From a virus: a DNA stretch of 34,791 bases. Each line of letters begins with the position of its first letter. Position 1 is the stretch's first letter. The notes below the pieces were generated by a model. That model was not told where the DNA came from. It saw only the letters and a list, made by a program, of their open reading frames with translations, and made no database searches. Location of the stretch: IMG/VR virus record IMGVR_UViG_3300045988_072765; one strand, 5' to 3'. Below, in pieces: positions 14,752 to 22,725 of this stretch. A program made the translations under genes and the position numbers.

Positions 14752-14928
14752 ATGCGGGATCTATGTATCGCGGGCGCTGCCGTGTTCAGCGCGGCGGGCA
14801 TCACCTTTGGGGTGCTGAGCATCCTGGCCGACCGGGGCGACAGCTGGCGGCACGGATTTTTGACCGGGTGTCTGGCTATGTCGCTGACGGCTCTGCTGGG
14901 GGCCGTGGCGGCCAGCTGGGCAATGTGA
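14752..14928 (+). CDS. Small two-TM membrane protein
   Basis: 58 aa from the ATG just after the upstream stop. Two hydrophobic helices. The longer track ORF (14668) overlaps the upstream gene. Confidence 0.5.
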   Translation: MRDLCIAGAAVFSAAGITFGVLSILADRGDSWRHGFLTGCLAMSLTALLGAVAASWAM

Positions 14929-14940
14929 GGAGGCGGACTT

Positions 14941-15084
14941 ATGGACAGACGAGAGAGGACACGGCAGCAGATGCGGAGAGAGCGCCAGGTGGGGCTGGCC
15001 TATCTTGCGGCCATGATCGGGCTGGTGATTTTGGGCAAATGCTTCTGGGAGGCTCTGCTGGCGGCGCTGGAGGCGGCGGCATAG
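14941..15084 (+). CDS. Small basic-N-terminus single-TM protein, paralog A (47 aa)
   Basis: MDRRERTRQQMRRERQVGLAYLAAMIGLVILGKCFWEALLAALEAAA. Below the ORF-track size cutoff. A near-identical paralog lies at 15757-15906. Confidence 0.55.
   Translation: MDRRERTRQQMRRERQVGLAYLAAMIGLVILGKCFWEALLAALEAAA
14961..15068 (+). repeat. 108-bp direct repeat, copy A (105/108 identical to 15780-15887)
   Basis: Aligned by eye. The three mismatches are A/G, T/G and G/T. Confidence 0.9.
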
Positions 15085-15109
15085 TGAGAGACATTGTGAG
15101 GGCAAAACC

Positions 15110-15760
15110 ATGACAGTATTTGACTTTGTTGAGCGTTTTATTCTTTTCGTTATTCCAGGTTTCATTGCGTATAGTATGTTTTGCTATTTAACTGGCAAGA
15201 AGCCACTTTCAGATTTGATTAGTGCATTTTATGTATTTATTGCATCAATATTTTCCTTTATAGTTGGAAATTTTTTACTTCAACTCGTTAATTTCTTTCC
15301 ATACATTGAGTTTCAACTGGTTGAAGTAACTCAAATCTTATCATGGAATAACGGAAGCCTTTCTGTTGCAGGAATCATATCGGCCTCAATTGCTGCAATA
15401 ATTCTTACATTTATCGCGGTATTTGTCTGGGATCAGAACCTACTATTCCGATTTGCTAATTTTTTTAATCTGTCACACAGAGCTGACAATAGCCCGGTGT
15501 GGGACTATATGTTTGACCGTCAGCCGTGGATTGTTGTTCGTGACTATGTGACCGGCAATACATACTATGGAAAAGTTATAAAATATTCTGACGGTACCGA
15601 AACAAGAGAACTTCTATTAGAAGAAGTAAGCGTTTGGAGCAAAGCGGACGGTGAATATAAAATGGAAGAAGTATACCTTTCTCGTTTACCGTCTGAGTTT
15701 TCGATAGAAATAGATAATTATATCAAAGGAGATAACGGAAAGTTGGTGGAGGAAAAATGA
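15110..15760 (+). CDS. AT-rich inserted gene: 216-aa protein with about 3 N-terminal TM helices and a soluble C-terminal domain, function unknown
   Basis: Clean ORF. About 30% GC (18/60 in the line starting 15181) against about 55% (33/60 at 15001) in flanking DNA. TM segments include FILFVIPGFIAYSMFCYL, LISAFYVFIASIFSFIVGNFLLQLV and VAGIISASIAAIILTFIAVFVW. Confidence 0.8.
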   Translation: MTVFDFVERFILFVIPGFIAYSMFCYLTGKKPLSDLISAFYVFIASIFSFIVGNFLLQLVNFFPYIEFQLVEVTQILSWNNGSLSVAGIISASIAAIILTFIAVFVWDQNLLFRFANFFNLSHRADNSPVWDYMFDRQPWIVVRDYVTGNTYYGKVIKYSDGTETRELLLEEVSVWSKADGEYKMEEVYLSRLPSEFSIEIDNYIKGDNGKLVEEK

Positions 15761-15906
15761 CAGACAGACGGACGAGGATACGGCAGCAGATGCGGAGAGA
15801 GCGCCGGGTGGGGCTGGCCTATCTGGCGGCCATGATCGGGCTGGTGATTTTGGGCAAATGCTTCTGGGATGCTCTGCTGGCGGCGCTTGCCATGGCGGCA
15901 ATCTAA
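15757..15906 (+). CDS. Small basic-N-terminus single-TM protein, paralog B (49 aa)
   Basis: MTDRRTRIRQQMRRERRVGLAYLAAMIGLVILGKCFWDALLAALAMAAI. ATGA overlap with the stop of the AT-rich gene. Confidence 0.55.
   Translation: MTDRRTRIRQQMRRERRVGLAYLAAMIGLVILGKCFWDALLAALAMAAI
15780..15887 (+). repeat. 108-bp direct repeat, copy B
   Basis: 105/108 identical to 14961-15068. Confidence 0.9.
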
Positions 15907-15930
15907 ACGACTTTACAGCTGCCGGGGCAG

Positions 15931-16167
15931 ATGGATCCGGCGGCGTGGGAGGGATCTATTTTGTGCAAGACTAAGACAATGACGCTGCCCACTGCGGAGA
16001 GCGTCACGGGCGACATTCTGGACCGGTTTGGCCCGGGAAAAGTGTGGCAGGTGGAGCGGATGAGCGACCGCATTTTCCGGGTCTGGCTGACCTGCGGGGC
16101 GGTGGCGCTGGCCACGGTCGGGCAGGACGGTGGACTGACCATCCAGGTCATGGAGGGCTGGGTATGA
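15931..16167 (+). CDS. Hypothetical small protein (start uncertain)
   Basis: 78-aa ORF. Its stop overlaps the next start as ATGA. Alternative starts at TTG 15961 or ATG 15979. Confidence 0.45.
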   Translation: MDPAAWEGSILCKTKTMTLPTAESVTGDILDRFGPGKVWQVERMSDRIFRVWLTCGAVALATVGQDGGLTIQVMEGWV

Positions 16168-16979
16168 CCAAGAGTGAGATCGTGGCCAGCGACAAGACCG
16201 GAGGCGGAATGTTTGTTGTGATCCCCTCCGTGGTCATGCGGGACCCGGAGTTGTCCCTGTCGGCTAAGATGCTGTACGGCGTGATTACGTGGAAATGCAA
16301 CGAGAGCGCCTGCTGCTGGGCGACAAACCGGACGCTGGGCGATGAGCTGGGGCTGTCCCCCAAGCGGATCTCCGCCCTTTTGTCTGCGCTGGAGGCGCAG
16401 GGGCACATTGAGATGGAGATCATCCGGGACCCGGAGAGCAACCAGATCACCAGGCGGAACATCTACCCCATGGTAAAATCCGCAAGACTTACACCCAAGA
16501 ATGAGGATACCCCTATCCCCGAAAATGAGGATACCTCCCCCCATTTACAAGGTGAGCCTATCCCCGAAAAAGCGGAGGAGAAATATAAAGAAGAAATAAA
16601 AAAAGAAATAAATACCCCCCTTACCCCCCATAGGGGGGCACGGACGGAGCGCAAGAGCAAGTACGATCTTGCGGAGGACGCCAAGCCCATCCTCCGGTCC
16701 TACGTCAAGGACGACGCAGAGCTTGCCCGGCTCCTGGGGGATTTTATCGACACCCGGAAAAAGCTGCGGGCCATCAACTCCAAACGGGCGCTGGCCATCC
16801 AGCTGGAGACGCTGGACAAGCTGAGCGGGGGCGACCGGGGCCAGAAGCTGGAGCTGCTGAAGCAGTCCATCGGCAACAGCTGGAAAGGCATTTTCCCGCT
16901 GAAGGCTGGCGGACGGCCCGCCCCGGCGGAGCCGGAACGGCTGGAGCTGGTGCAGGGGCCGGGGGTGTATGACCTATGA
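16164..16979 (+). CDS. Replication initiator / replisome organiser (N-terminal winged-helix, DnaD-like C-terminus)
   Basis: Start set at MTKSEIV (GGAGGG RBS). MLYGVITWKCNE...TNRTLGDELGLSPKRISALLSALEAQGHIE is a wHTH. Lies directly upstream of the DnaB-like helicase. An iteron-like cluster sits inside the gene. Confidence 0.75.
   Translation: MTKSEIVASDKTGGGMFVVIPSVVMRDPELSLSAKMLYGVITWKCNESACCWATNRTLGDELGLSPKRISALLSALEAQGHIEMEIIRDPESNQITRRNIYPMVKSARLTPKNEDTPIPENEDTSPHLQGEPIPEKAEEKYKEEIKKEINTPLTPHRGARTERKSKYDLAEDAKPILRSYVKDDAELARLLGDFIDTRKKLRAINSKRALAIQLETLDKLSGGDRGQKLELLKQSIGNSWKGIFPLKAGGRPAPAEPERLELVQGPGVYDL
16500..16638. promoter_or_regulatory. Candidate origin of replication inside the initiator gene (iterons, AT-rich tract and G/C hairpin)
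   Basis: AATGAGGATACC at 16500-16511 and 16524-16535. CCTATCCCCGAAAA at 16512-16525 and 16557-16570. AT-rich tract at 16581-16614. CCCCCC-ata-GGGGGG at 16624-16638. Confidence 0.5.
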
Positions 16980-18319
16980 GCCAGACACCGAGCCGTTACT
17001 ACGAGGCCCAGATCGGCGTGCTGGGCTCCATGCTCATCGACGGGGCGCACACGGCGGGCCTGGTGATGCAAGGGGTGCAGGCGGAGGATTTTACCGGCCC
17101 AAACCGGGCGGTATTTGACGCCTGCCGCAAGCTGTTCCAGGCGGGAAAGCCCATTGACGCTGTGACCGTCGGCCACCTGCTGGGACCGGAGTATCAAAAG
17201 TTGCTGCTTGACCTGATGGATCTGACGCCCACGGCGGCCAATGTGCGGGAGTATATCACCCTGACGGTGGAGCAGTCAAAGCTTGCCAAGCTCAAGGACC
17301 TTGGGGCATCCCTGGTGGGATGCGTGGACGCGGCGGAGGCCCAGAGCCTGCTGGCTCAGGCCAACCGGATCGCCGTCGGGCGGCCCAGCGTGCGGGTTGT
17401 GTCCATGGAGCAGGGGCTGCTGGACTTTTACGAGCGGCAGCGGACAGAGGCGGTACATATCACTTGGGGCCTGCCCAAGGTGGACGGGGCCATGATGTCG
17501 GAGTTTGGGGATTTTATCATCCTGGGCGGCGAGCCGTCCACGGGCAAAACGGCCCTGTCCCTGCAAATGGCATGGACACAGGCGCAAAAGCACCGAGTGG
17601 GGTACTTTAGCCTGGAGACCAAGCCGGAAAAGATCGTGGACCGTGCGGTGTCCGCAGTTACTGGGGTGGACTTTGGCAAGATCAAGCGCCACAAGATGGA
17701 TCCGGAGGATTGGGAGGCCTGCGAGGCCAGATCCTCCGGCATGGTGGGGCGCAAGCTGGAAATCATCCAGGCGGGCGGCCTGTCGGTGCTGGACATCCAG
17801 GCCATGACGGCGGCGGGCCGGTACGAGATCATCTACATCGACTACATCCAGCTGGTGGCGCCGGAGGACCGGCGGCGGTCGGACTTTGAGCAGGTGACGC
17901 AGATATCCAAGGACCTGCACACTCTGGCCCAGACCACAGGGGTGACGGTGATTGCCCTGTCCCAGCTGGCGCGGCCCCAGACCGGACAAGGCAAGGTCAA
18001 GTCCCCGGGGATGCACTCTCTGCGGCAGTCGGGACAGCTGGAGCAGGACGCCGACGGGATCCTGCTGCTGTATCTGGAGGAGCCTGGAAACACGAGGGCG
18101 CGGCGGTGCCTGCAAATCGCCAAGAACAAAGAGGGCGAGGCCGGAGGCGTGGATTATCTGGCCTTTGACGGAGCCCACCAGAGGTTCCGGGAGTCTTTGG
18201 CTCAGGTGGCCAAGCCTATCCAGGACAAGCCGGTGCAGACGGCATTTTACGACATTCCGGGCAGCGTCCCGCTGCCCTTTGACGGCACTGATGAGGGCAA
18301 GGACGGGATGCCATTTTGA
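16976..18319 (+). CDS. Replicative DNA helicase (DnaB-like)
   Basis: 447 aa. N-terminus AQIGVLGSMLID. Walker A GGEPSTGKTALSLQMA. IDYIQL and SQL..R motifs. Confidence 0.92.
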   Translation: MSQTPSRYYEAQIGVLGSMLIDGAHTAGLVMQGVQAEDFTGPNRAVFDACRKLFQAGKPIDAVTVGHLLGPEYQKLLLDLMDLTPTAANVREYITLTVEQSKLAKLKDLGASLVGCVDAAEAQSLLAQANRIAVGRPSVRVVSMEQGLLDFYERQRTEAVHITWGLPKVDGAMMSEFGDFIILGGEPSTGKTALSLQMAWTQAQKHRVGYFSLETKPEKIVDRAVSAVTGVDFGKIKRHKMDPEDWEACEARSSGMVGRKLEIIQAGGLSVLDIQAMTAAGRYEIIYIDYIQLVAPEDRRRSDFEQVTQISKDLHTLAQTTGVTVIALSQLARPQTGQGKVKSPGMHSLRQSGQLEQDADGILLLYLEEPGNTRARRCLQIAKNKEGEAGGVDYLAFDGAHQRFRESLAQVAKPIQDKPVQTAFYDIPGSVPLPFDGTDEGKDGMPF

Positions 18320-18335
18320 GGAGGACGAGCTAAAG

Positions 18336-18863
18336 ATGATGTCAAATAATTTGTATTTGTGCGACCCCGTGAAGAATAGGTTTTGCCCAAAGACACACTG
18401 CCACAACCCGTGCTATCACACGCACGACCCTGAGTGTGCCTGGGAGCCCACACTCAGGGTCCGTCTGGACGAGGGGGCCTATCTGCCCCAGCGGGCCCAC
18501 GGCACCGACGGGGGGTTGGATATTCGCACGCCGGTGGACGCCTACGTCCGGGCCGGGGGCAGTACGGTGATCGACACCGGGGTGCATATCCAGCTGCCGC
18601 CCTGTACGGTGTGTATGATCAAAAGCAAAAGCGGCCTCAACATCAAGGACGGGATCGTGTCCGAGGGCGTCATTGATGAGGGCTACACCGGGAGCATTAC
18701 AGTCAAGCTGTACAACCACGGCACCGAGGCCAAGCAGTTTAGCAGGGGCGACAAGATCACTCAGCTGGTTGTGCTGCCGGTGCTGTATGTCAAAGTGGAG
18801 CAGGTGGAGGAGATCCAGGGCGGGCCCAGAGGAGATAATGGGTATGGGAGTACGGGACGATGA
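18336..18863 (+). CDS. dut: dUTP diphosphatase (trimeric dUTPase) with an N-terminal Cys/His-rich extension of about 38 aa
   Basis: Start set at ATGATG after GAGGAGG. Motifs GGLDIR, GVIDEGYTGSI, GDKITQLV and RGDNGYGSTG. Confidence 0.9.
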   Translation: MMSNNLYLCDPVKNRFCPKTHCHNPCYHTHDPECAWEPTLRVRLDEGAYLPQRAHGTDGGLDIRTPVDAYVRAGGSTVIDTGVHIQLPPCTVCMIKSKSGLNIKDGIVSEGVIDEGYTGSITVKLYNHGTEAKQFSRGDKITQLVVLPVLYVKVEQVEEIQGGPRGDNGYGSTGR

Positions 18864-19517
18864 AGGTTCTTGAACTTTTTGCAGGGACACGCTCTATTGG
18901 TAAAGCGTTCGCGGCTCGGGGACACCAGGTGTACTCCGTGGAGTGGGACAAGCGATTTGACCACATCGACCTATACGCCGATATCCTTAAGTTGACTGCG
19001 CAAGACGTCCTGCGAGAGTTTGGGCGGCCTGATGTGATCTGGGCAAGCCCGGACTGTGCAACTTTTAGCATTGCAGCCATCAGCCACCACCGACGGAAAA
19101 ACCCAGAAACCGGAAACTTGGACCCAGTAAGCGAGTACGCCAAATTCTGCGATGCGGTGGACCAGCACGTTTTGCGGTTGATTCTGGCTTTGTCCCCGAC
19201 CTACTGGTTCATCGAGAACCCGCAGCAGGATGCGCAAAATGACGTGGATGGAGGGACTGCCCCGGTACACCGTCACATACTGTCAGTACGGGGACACCCG
19301 AATGAAGCCCACGGACATTTGGACAAATCATCCGCTGCCCAGATTTAAACCGCCTTGTCATAACGGCGACCCGTGCCATATCTCTGCCCCGCGCGGGGCC
19401 AAAACGGGGACGCAAGGGCTGGCTGGCAGTATGGAGAGGTCAATTATCCCTGCTGCGCTGTGTGACCATATCGTAGATATTTGTGAGGAGACGGAGTGGA
19501 ATGTCACAGTCTGTTAA
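18860..19517 (+). pseudogene. Short phage-type DNA (cytosine-5) methyltransferase interrupted by a +1 frame change just after the ENP motif (about 19223-19230)
   Basis: The first frame gives LELFAGTRS (motif I), SPDCATFS (PC motif) and WFIENP. The protein-like sequence then continues in the next frame as MRKMTWMEGLPRYTVTYCQYGDTRMKPTDIW..., while the first frame runs on as QQDAQNDVDGGTAPVHRH... Confidence 0.7.
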
Positions 19518-19896
19518 ATTGCCATTTAAGTTTTCGTATACGCAGCCGTCATTAGATTGGTTTGAGACTATCAACGTAGAGATCAAGCCAGACGACTACT
19601 ATTATTTTAAACTCCAGCTGAGATATAGCCCTGACTGGTGGCTTATGGGACAAAATCCACCCCCAGAAAATTCCACGCGCTACGAATGGTCGGAGACAGA
19701 TATTGGGAGAATTTCGCCGCATGATATTGCGAGGTTTATCGAGTGGGCGAAATACGATTCGGGCGGAAGCAAAATTGTGGAGATTTCGGAGATAAGCGGC
19801 TCTTTTGATATTCTCCGCGAAATTAAAAAGCTTTTACTTGATCCCGGCATCGCCCAGGCCATGGCGGATTTTGGAGTACGGGGAGGCAAAATGTGA
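19501..19896 (+). CDS. Hypothetical protein (AT-richer gene between the methyltransferase and the PAPS-reductase-like gene)
   Basis: 131 aa from ATG 19501. No recognisable motifs. Confidence 0.6.
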   Translation: MSQSVKLPFKFSYTQPSLDWFETINVEIKPDDYYYFKLQLRYSPDWWLMGQNPPPENSTRYEWSETDIGRISPHDIARFIEWAKYDSGGSKIVEISEISGSFDILREIKKLLLDPGIAQAMADFGVRGGKM

Positions 19897-20717
19897 ACAT
19901 CGTATCTTTCGGCGGCGGCACCAACAGCACCGCAATGATCATCGGAATGTATCTGCACAAGATCCCCATTGACCTGATCCTGTTTGCGGACACCGGGGGC
20001 GAGCAGCCGCACACCTATGCGTTTATTGAGATATTTAATAACTGGCTTGTGGAGCATGGACTGCCGAAGATCATCTCCGTGGAGTACCACGACAAGGAAG
20101 GGAATCGGCTGACGCTGGAACAGGAGTGCCTAAACAGCGGAACACTTCCATCCATCGCCTATGGGTTTAAGCGATGCTCGTTAAAACACAAGATCGGAAC
20201 GCAGGAAAAATTCTGCAACAACTACCAGCCATGCAAGGACGTGTGGGCCAGCGGACAGAGAGTCCACAAGTTTATTGGATACGATGCCGGTGAGACCCGG
20301 CGCATCCAGCACGCAGCCCTGGCGGACGAGGCAAACAAAAAATACGAGAACCACTACCCCCTCTATGAGTGGGGCTGGACCCGGGATGAGTGCGTGCGCG
20401 TGATCGAGCGGGCCGGACTGCCCAGGCCCGGGAAAAGCTCCTGTTTCTTCTGTCCCTCCATGAAAAAGAAGGAAATACAGGCCCTGTGGGAGAATTATCC
20501 GGATCTGTTCCGCCGGGCGGTGGAGATCGAGCACGGGGCGGCGGCAACCAATGTGACCGTAAAAGGGCTTGGGAGGAACTGGTCCTGGGAGAGCTACTAC
20601 AACGAGTTTATGATGAATAAGGAGCTTGAGGACGCACAGATCACCTTTGACGAGTTATTCCCAGACAGCCCTGGCGGCTGCCTTTGCGGCGCTCCGTGCG
20701 GGTGCTATGACGGTTAA
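19893..20717 (+). CDS. PAPS-reductase-like / PP-loop ATP-pyrophosphatase family protein
   Basis: 274 aa with a GTG start after GGGAGG. N-terminal PP-loop-like SFGGGTNSTAM, then DLILFADTGGE. C-terminal Cys cluster CFFCP...GGCLCGAPCGCYDG. Confidence 0.75.
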   Translation: MNIVSFGGGTNSTAMIIGMYLHKIPIDLILFADTGGEQPHTYAFIEIFNNWLVEHGLPKIISVEYHDKEGNRLTLEQECLNSGTLPSIAYGFKRCSLKHKIGTQEKFCNNYQPCKDVWASGQRVHKFIGYDAGETRRIQHAALADEANKKYENHYPLYEWGWTRDECVRVIERAGLPRPGKSSCFFCPSMKKKEIQALWENYPDLFRRAVEIEHGAAATNVTVKGLGRNWSWESYYNEFMMNKELEDAQITFDELFPDSPGGCLCGAPCGCYDG

Positions 20718-20731
20718 GGAGGTGGCTTGGA

Positions 20732-21643
20732 ATGGATTGTAACGTACTGCAAGGCGACGCGCTGGAGCTGCTGCGGACGCTGCCGCCAGAAAGCGTACAT
20801 ACCTGCGTGACCTCCCCGCCCTACTATAATTTGCGGGATTACGGAGTGGAGGGGCAGATCGGGAACGAGGCCAGCGTGGAAGAATATCTGCAGAAGCTGG
20901 TCACAGTTTTTCGTGAGGTTAGACGGGTACTGCGGCCAGATGGAACTCTGTGGGTAAACGTGGGCGATAGTTATGCTGCCAATTCGGGGAACCAGCCGCC
21001 GACGAACACCCGAAATTCCTGCGGACACACCGCAAAGCGCGTACCGTATGGGTACAAGAAAAAAGACATGATCGGCATACCTTGGCAGTTGGCCTTTGCC
21101 CTCCGCGCAGATGGTTGGTATTTGCGGCAAGACATCATTTGGCAGAAACCGAACTGTATGCCGGAGAGCGTAAATGACCGATGCACGAAGTCACATGAGT
21201 ACATCTTCCTGCTGTCAAAGTCAGAGCGCTATTATTTCGACGCGGCGGCGATCAGCGAGCCGGTCACATCGGCTAAAGGAAACGCAAGGACGTTTCGCGG
21301 CGGCGGAGCCTATACCGGCGGTCGATCTCACGACAACAGCGCACAGGTGGAGCGCGAGAGCCACGGTAATAGCGAGAACAAGACGGGGCGCAGGAACAAG
21401 CGGAGCGTCTGGAGCGTAAGCACAAACGGATTTCGCGGCGCACACTTCGCCGTGTTCCCGGAAAAGCTGATCGAGCCATGTATTTTAGCAGGCTGCCCAG
21501 AGGGCGGTGTTGTACTTGACCCATTTGCGGGCAGCGGCACAACAGGCGTGGTGTCCAAACGCATGGGGCGCGGTTTTGTGGGATGTGAAATCAATCCCTC
21601 GTATGTAGAAATGGCCGCCGGAAGAATAGGAGAGGTTGAATGA
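20732..21643 (+). CDS. DNA N4/N6 methyltransferase (N6_N4_Mtase family, beta class)
   Basis: TSPPYYN catalytic motif near the N-terminus. VLDPFAGSGTTGVV SAM-binding motif near the C-terminus. Confidence 0.9.
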   Translation: MDCNVLQGDALELLRTLPPESVHTCVTSPPYYNLRDYGVEGQIGNEASVEEYLQKLVTVFREVRRVLRPDGTLWVNVGDSYAANSGNQPPTNTRNSCGHTAKRVPYGYKKKDMIGIPWQLAFALRADGWYLRQDIIWQKPNCMPESVNDRCTKSHEYIFLLSKSERYYFDAAAISEPVTSAKGNARTFRGGGAYTGGRSHDNSAQVERESHGNSENKTGRRNKRSVWSVSTNGFRGAHFAVFPEKLIEPCILAGCPEGGVVLDPFAGSGTTGVVSKRMGRGFVGCEINPSYVEMAAGRIGEVE

Positions 21644-22122
21644 TGGAACGACTGACCTTTGAGGGGAATTTTTGCGACATCGCACAGTGCCAGGAGCTGC
21701 CGTGCCCCTACAACGGCAACTGCGCCCAGCGGGAAGTGTGGGAGCGGCTTGAGGACACGGAGCTTACGCCGGAAGAAGTTTTGCAGAAAAAAATGGCGGA
21801 CGAGATTGCGATGAAACTTTTACGCCTTGCGGATTTGGAAAGTTTTTCCCCATATGCGCAGCTACGAAAATTGGCCGAAGCCGACAAGGACGGGCGGATT
21901 GTGGTGCTGCCGTGCAAGGTGGGGGACACGTTATTCAGAGTGTTCGCCGGAGAAATCTTAGAGCACAAAGTCAGAAACATGAGATACCTTGCAATACAGG
22001 AACGGTGGGACATTGATACGACCCCGTTCTGCTCATACGTGGAAAGTTCCATAGGAAAAACGATTTTCTTAACCCGCGAGGAAGCCAAAGCGGCATTGGA
22101 GGCGATGAAGGATGGCAATTAG
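21640..22122 (+). CDS. Hypothetical phage protein
   Basis: 160-aa ORF with overlapping starts and stops. C-terminus LTREEAKAALEAMK is common in phage early proteins (recalled from memory). Confidence 0.6.
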   Translation: MMERLTFEGNFCDIAQCQELPCPYNGNCAQREVWERLEDTELTPEEVLQKKMADEIAMKLLRLADLESFSPYAQLRKLAEADKDGRIVVLPCKVGDTLFRVFAGEILEHKVRNMRYLAIQERWDIDTTPFCSYVESSIGKTIFLTREEAKAALEAMKDGN

Positions 22123-22462
22123 CAAATCAAGGCGCGAAGCTGTTTATCAAAAATATAATGGGCATTGTGCGTACTGCGGGCGAAAAATTGCCTACAAAGA
22201 TATGCAGGTAGATCATTTTCAACCGCTGAGGGCGTGGGGCATTGAGGACGCTGGGACAGATGACCTTGAAAATCTCATGCCATCCTGCCGGATGTGCAAC
22301 CATTACAAGCGGGCGAACTCGCTTGAAACCTTTAGACGATATATCGAAGAAATCCCTCGCAAACTGCGCGAGAACTATATCTACAAGGTCGGTGTCGCAT
22401 ACGGCGAAGTTACAGAACGAGCTCATCCAGTTAGGTTTTATTTTGAGGAACAGGAGGGCTGA
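22112..22462 (+). CDS. HNH endonuclease
   Basis: CAYCGRKI...VDHFQP...NLMPSCRMCNHYK. Confidence 0.88.
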   Translation: MAISKSRREAVYQKYNGHCAYCGRKIAYKDMQVDHFQPLRAWGIEDAGTDDLENLMPSCRMCNHYKRANSLETFRRYIEEIPRKLRENYIYKVGVAYGEVTERAHPVRFYFEEQEG

Positions 22463-22464
22463 CA

Positions 22465-22725
22465 ATGGCGAAATACTTTGAGCGTGAAGCACTGATAGGC
22501 GACTTGACCGCTGCTATGGATCATCGCGGTATGGGACAGGTTATTGGACAAACCCTCATTAGGTATGTAAAACGGCAACCCGCCGCCGACGTAGCCCCGG
22601 TGGTGCGCTGCAAGGACTGCACGCACCTGTATGGGACGTTATGCACAGTCTGCGGCTTGCTGCCTCGCAAGCCCGACGATTTTTGTAGCTACGGCGAGAG
22701 AAAGGACGGTGCTGACAATGGATGA
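22465..22725 (+). CDS. Small Cys-rich protein, paralog 1 (DVAPVVRCKDC...CTVCG...FCSYGERK)
   Basis: 86 aa. Its C-terminal half is repeated at both DNA and protein level in 23076-23333. Confidence 0.65.
   Translation: MAKYFEREALIGDLTAAMDHRGMGQVIGQTLIRYVKRQPAADVAPVVRCKDCTHLYGTLCTVCGLLPRKPDDFCSYGERKDGADNG

Noticed and set aside
16044-16163. Longer start for the replication initiator (track ORF 16044-16979). The same issue applies to the dUTPase (track ORF 17952-18863).
   Set aside because: The upstream parts overlap well-supported genes (the 15931-16167 ORF and the DnaB-like helicase) and read as Arg/Gly-rich out-of-frame sequence. The internal starts have GGAGG-type RBSs and coincide with the onset of recognisable domains.
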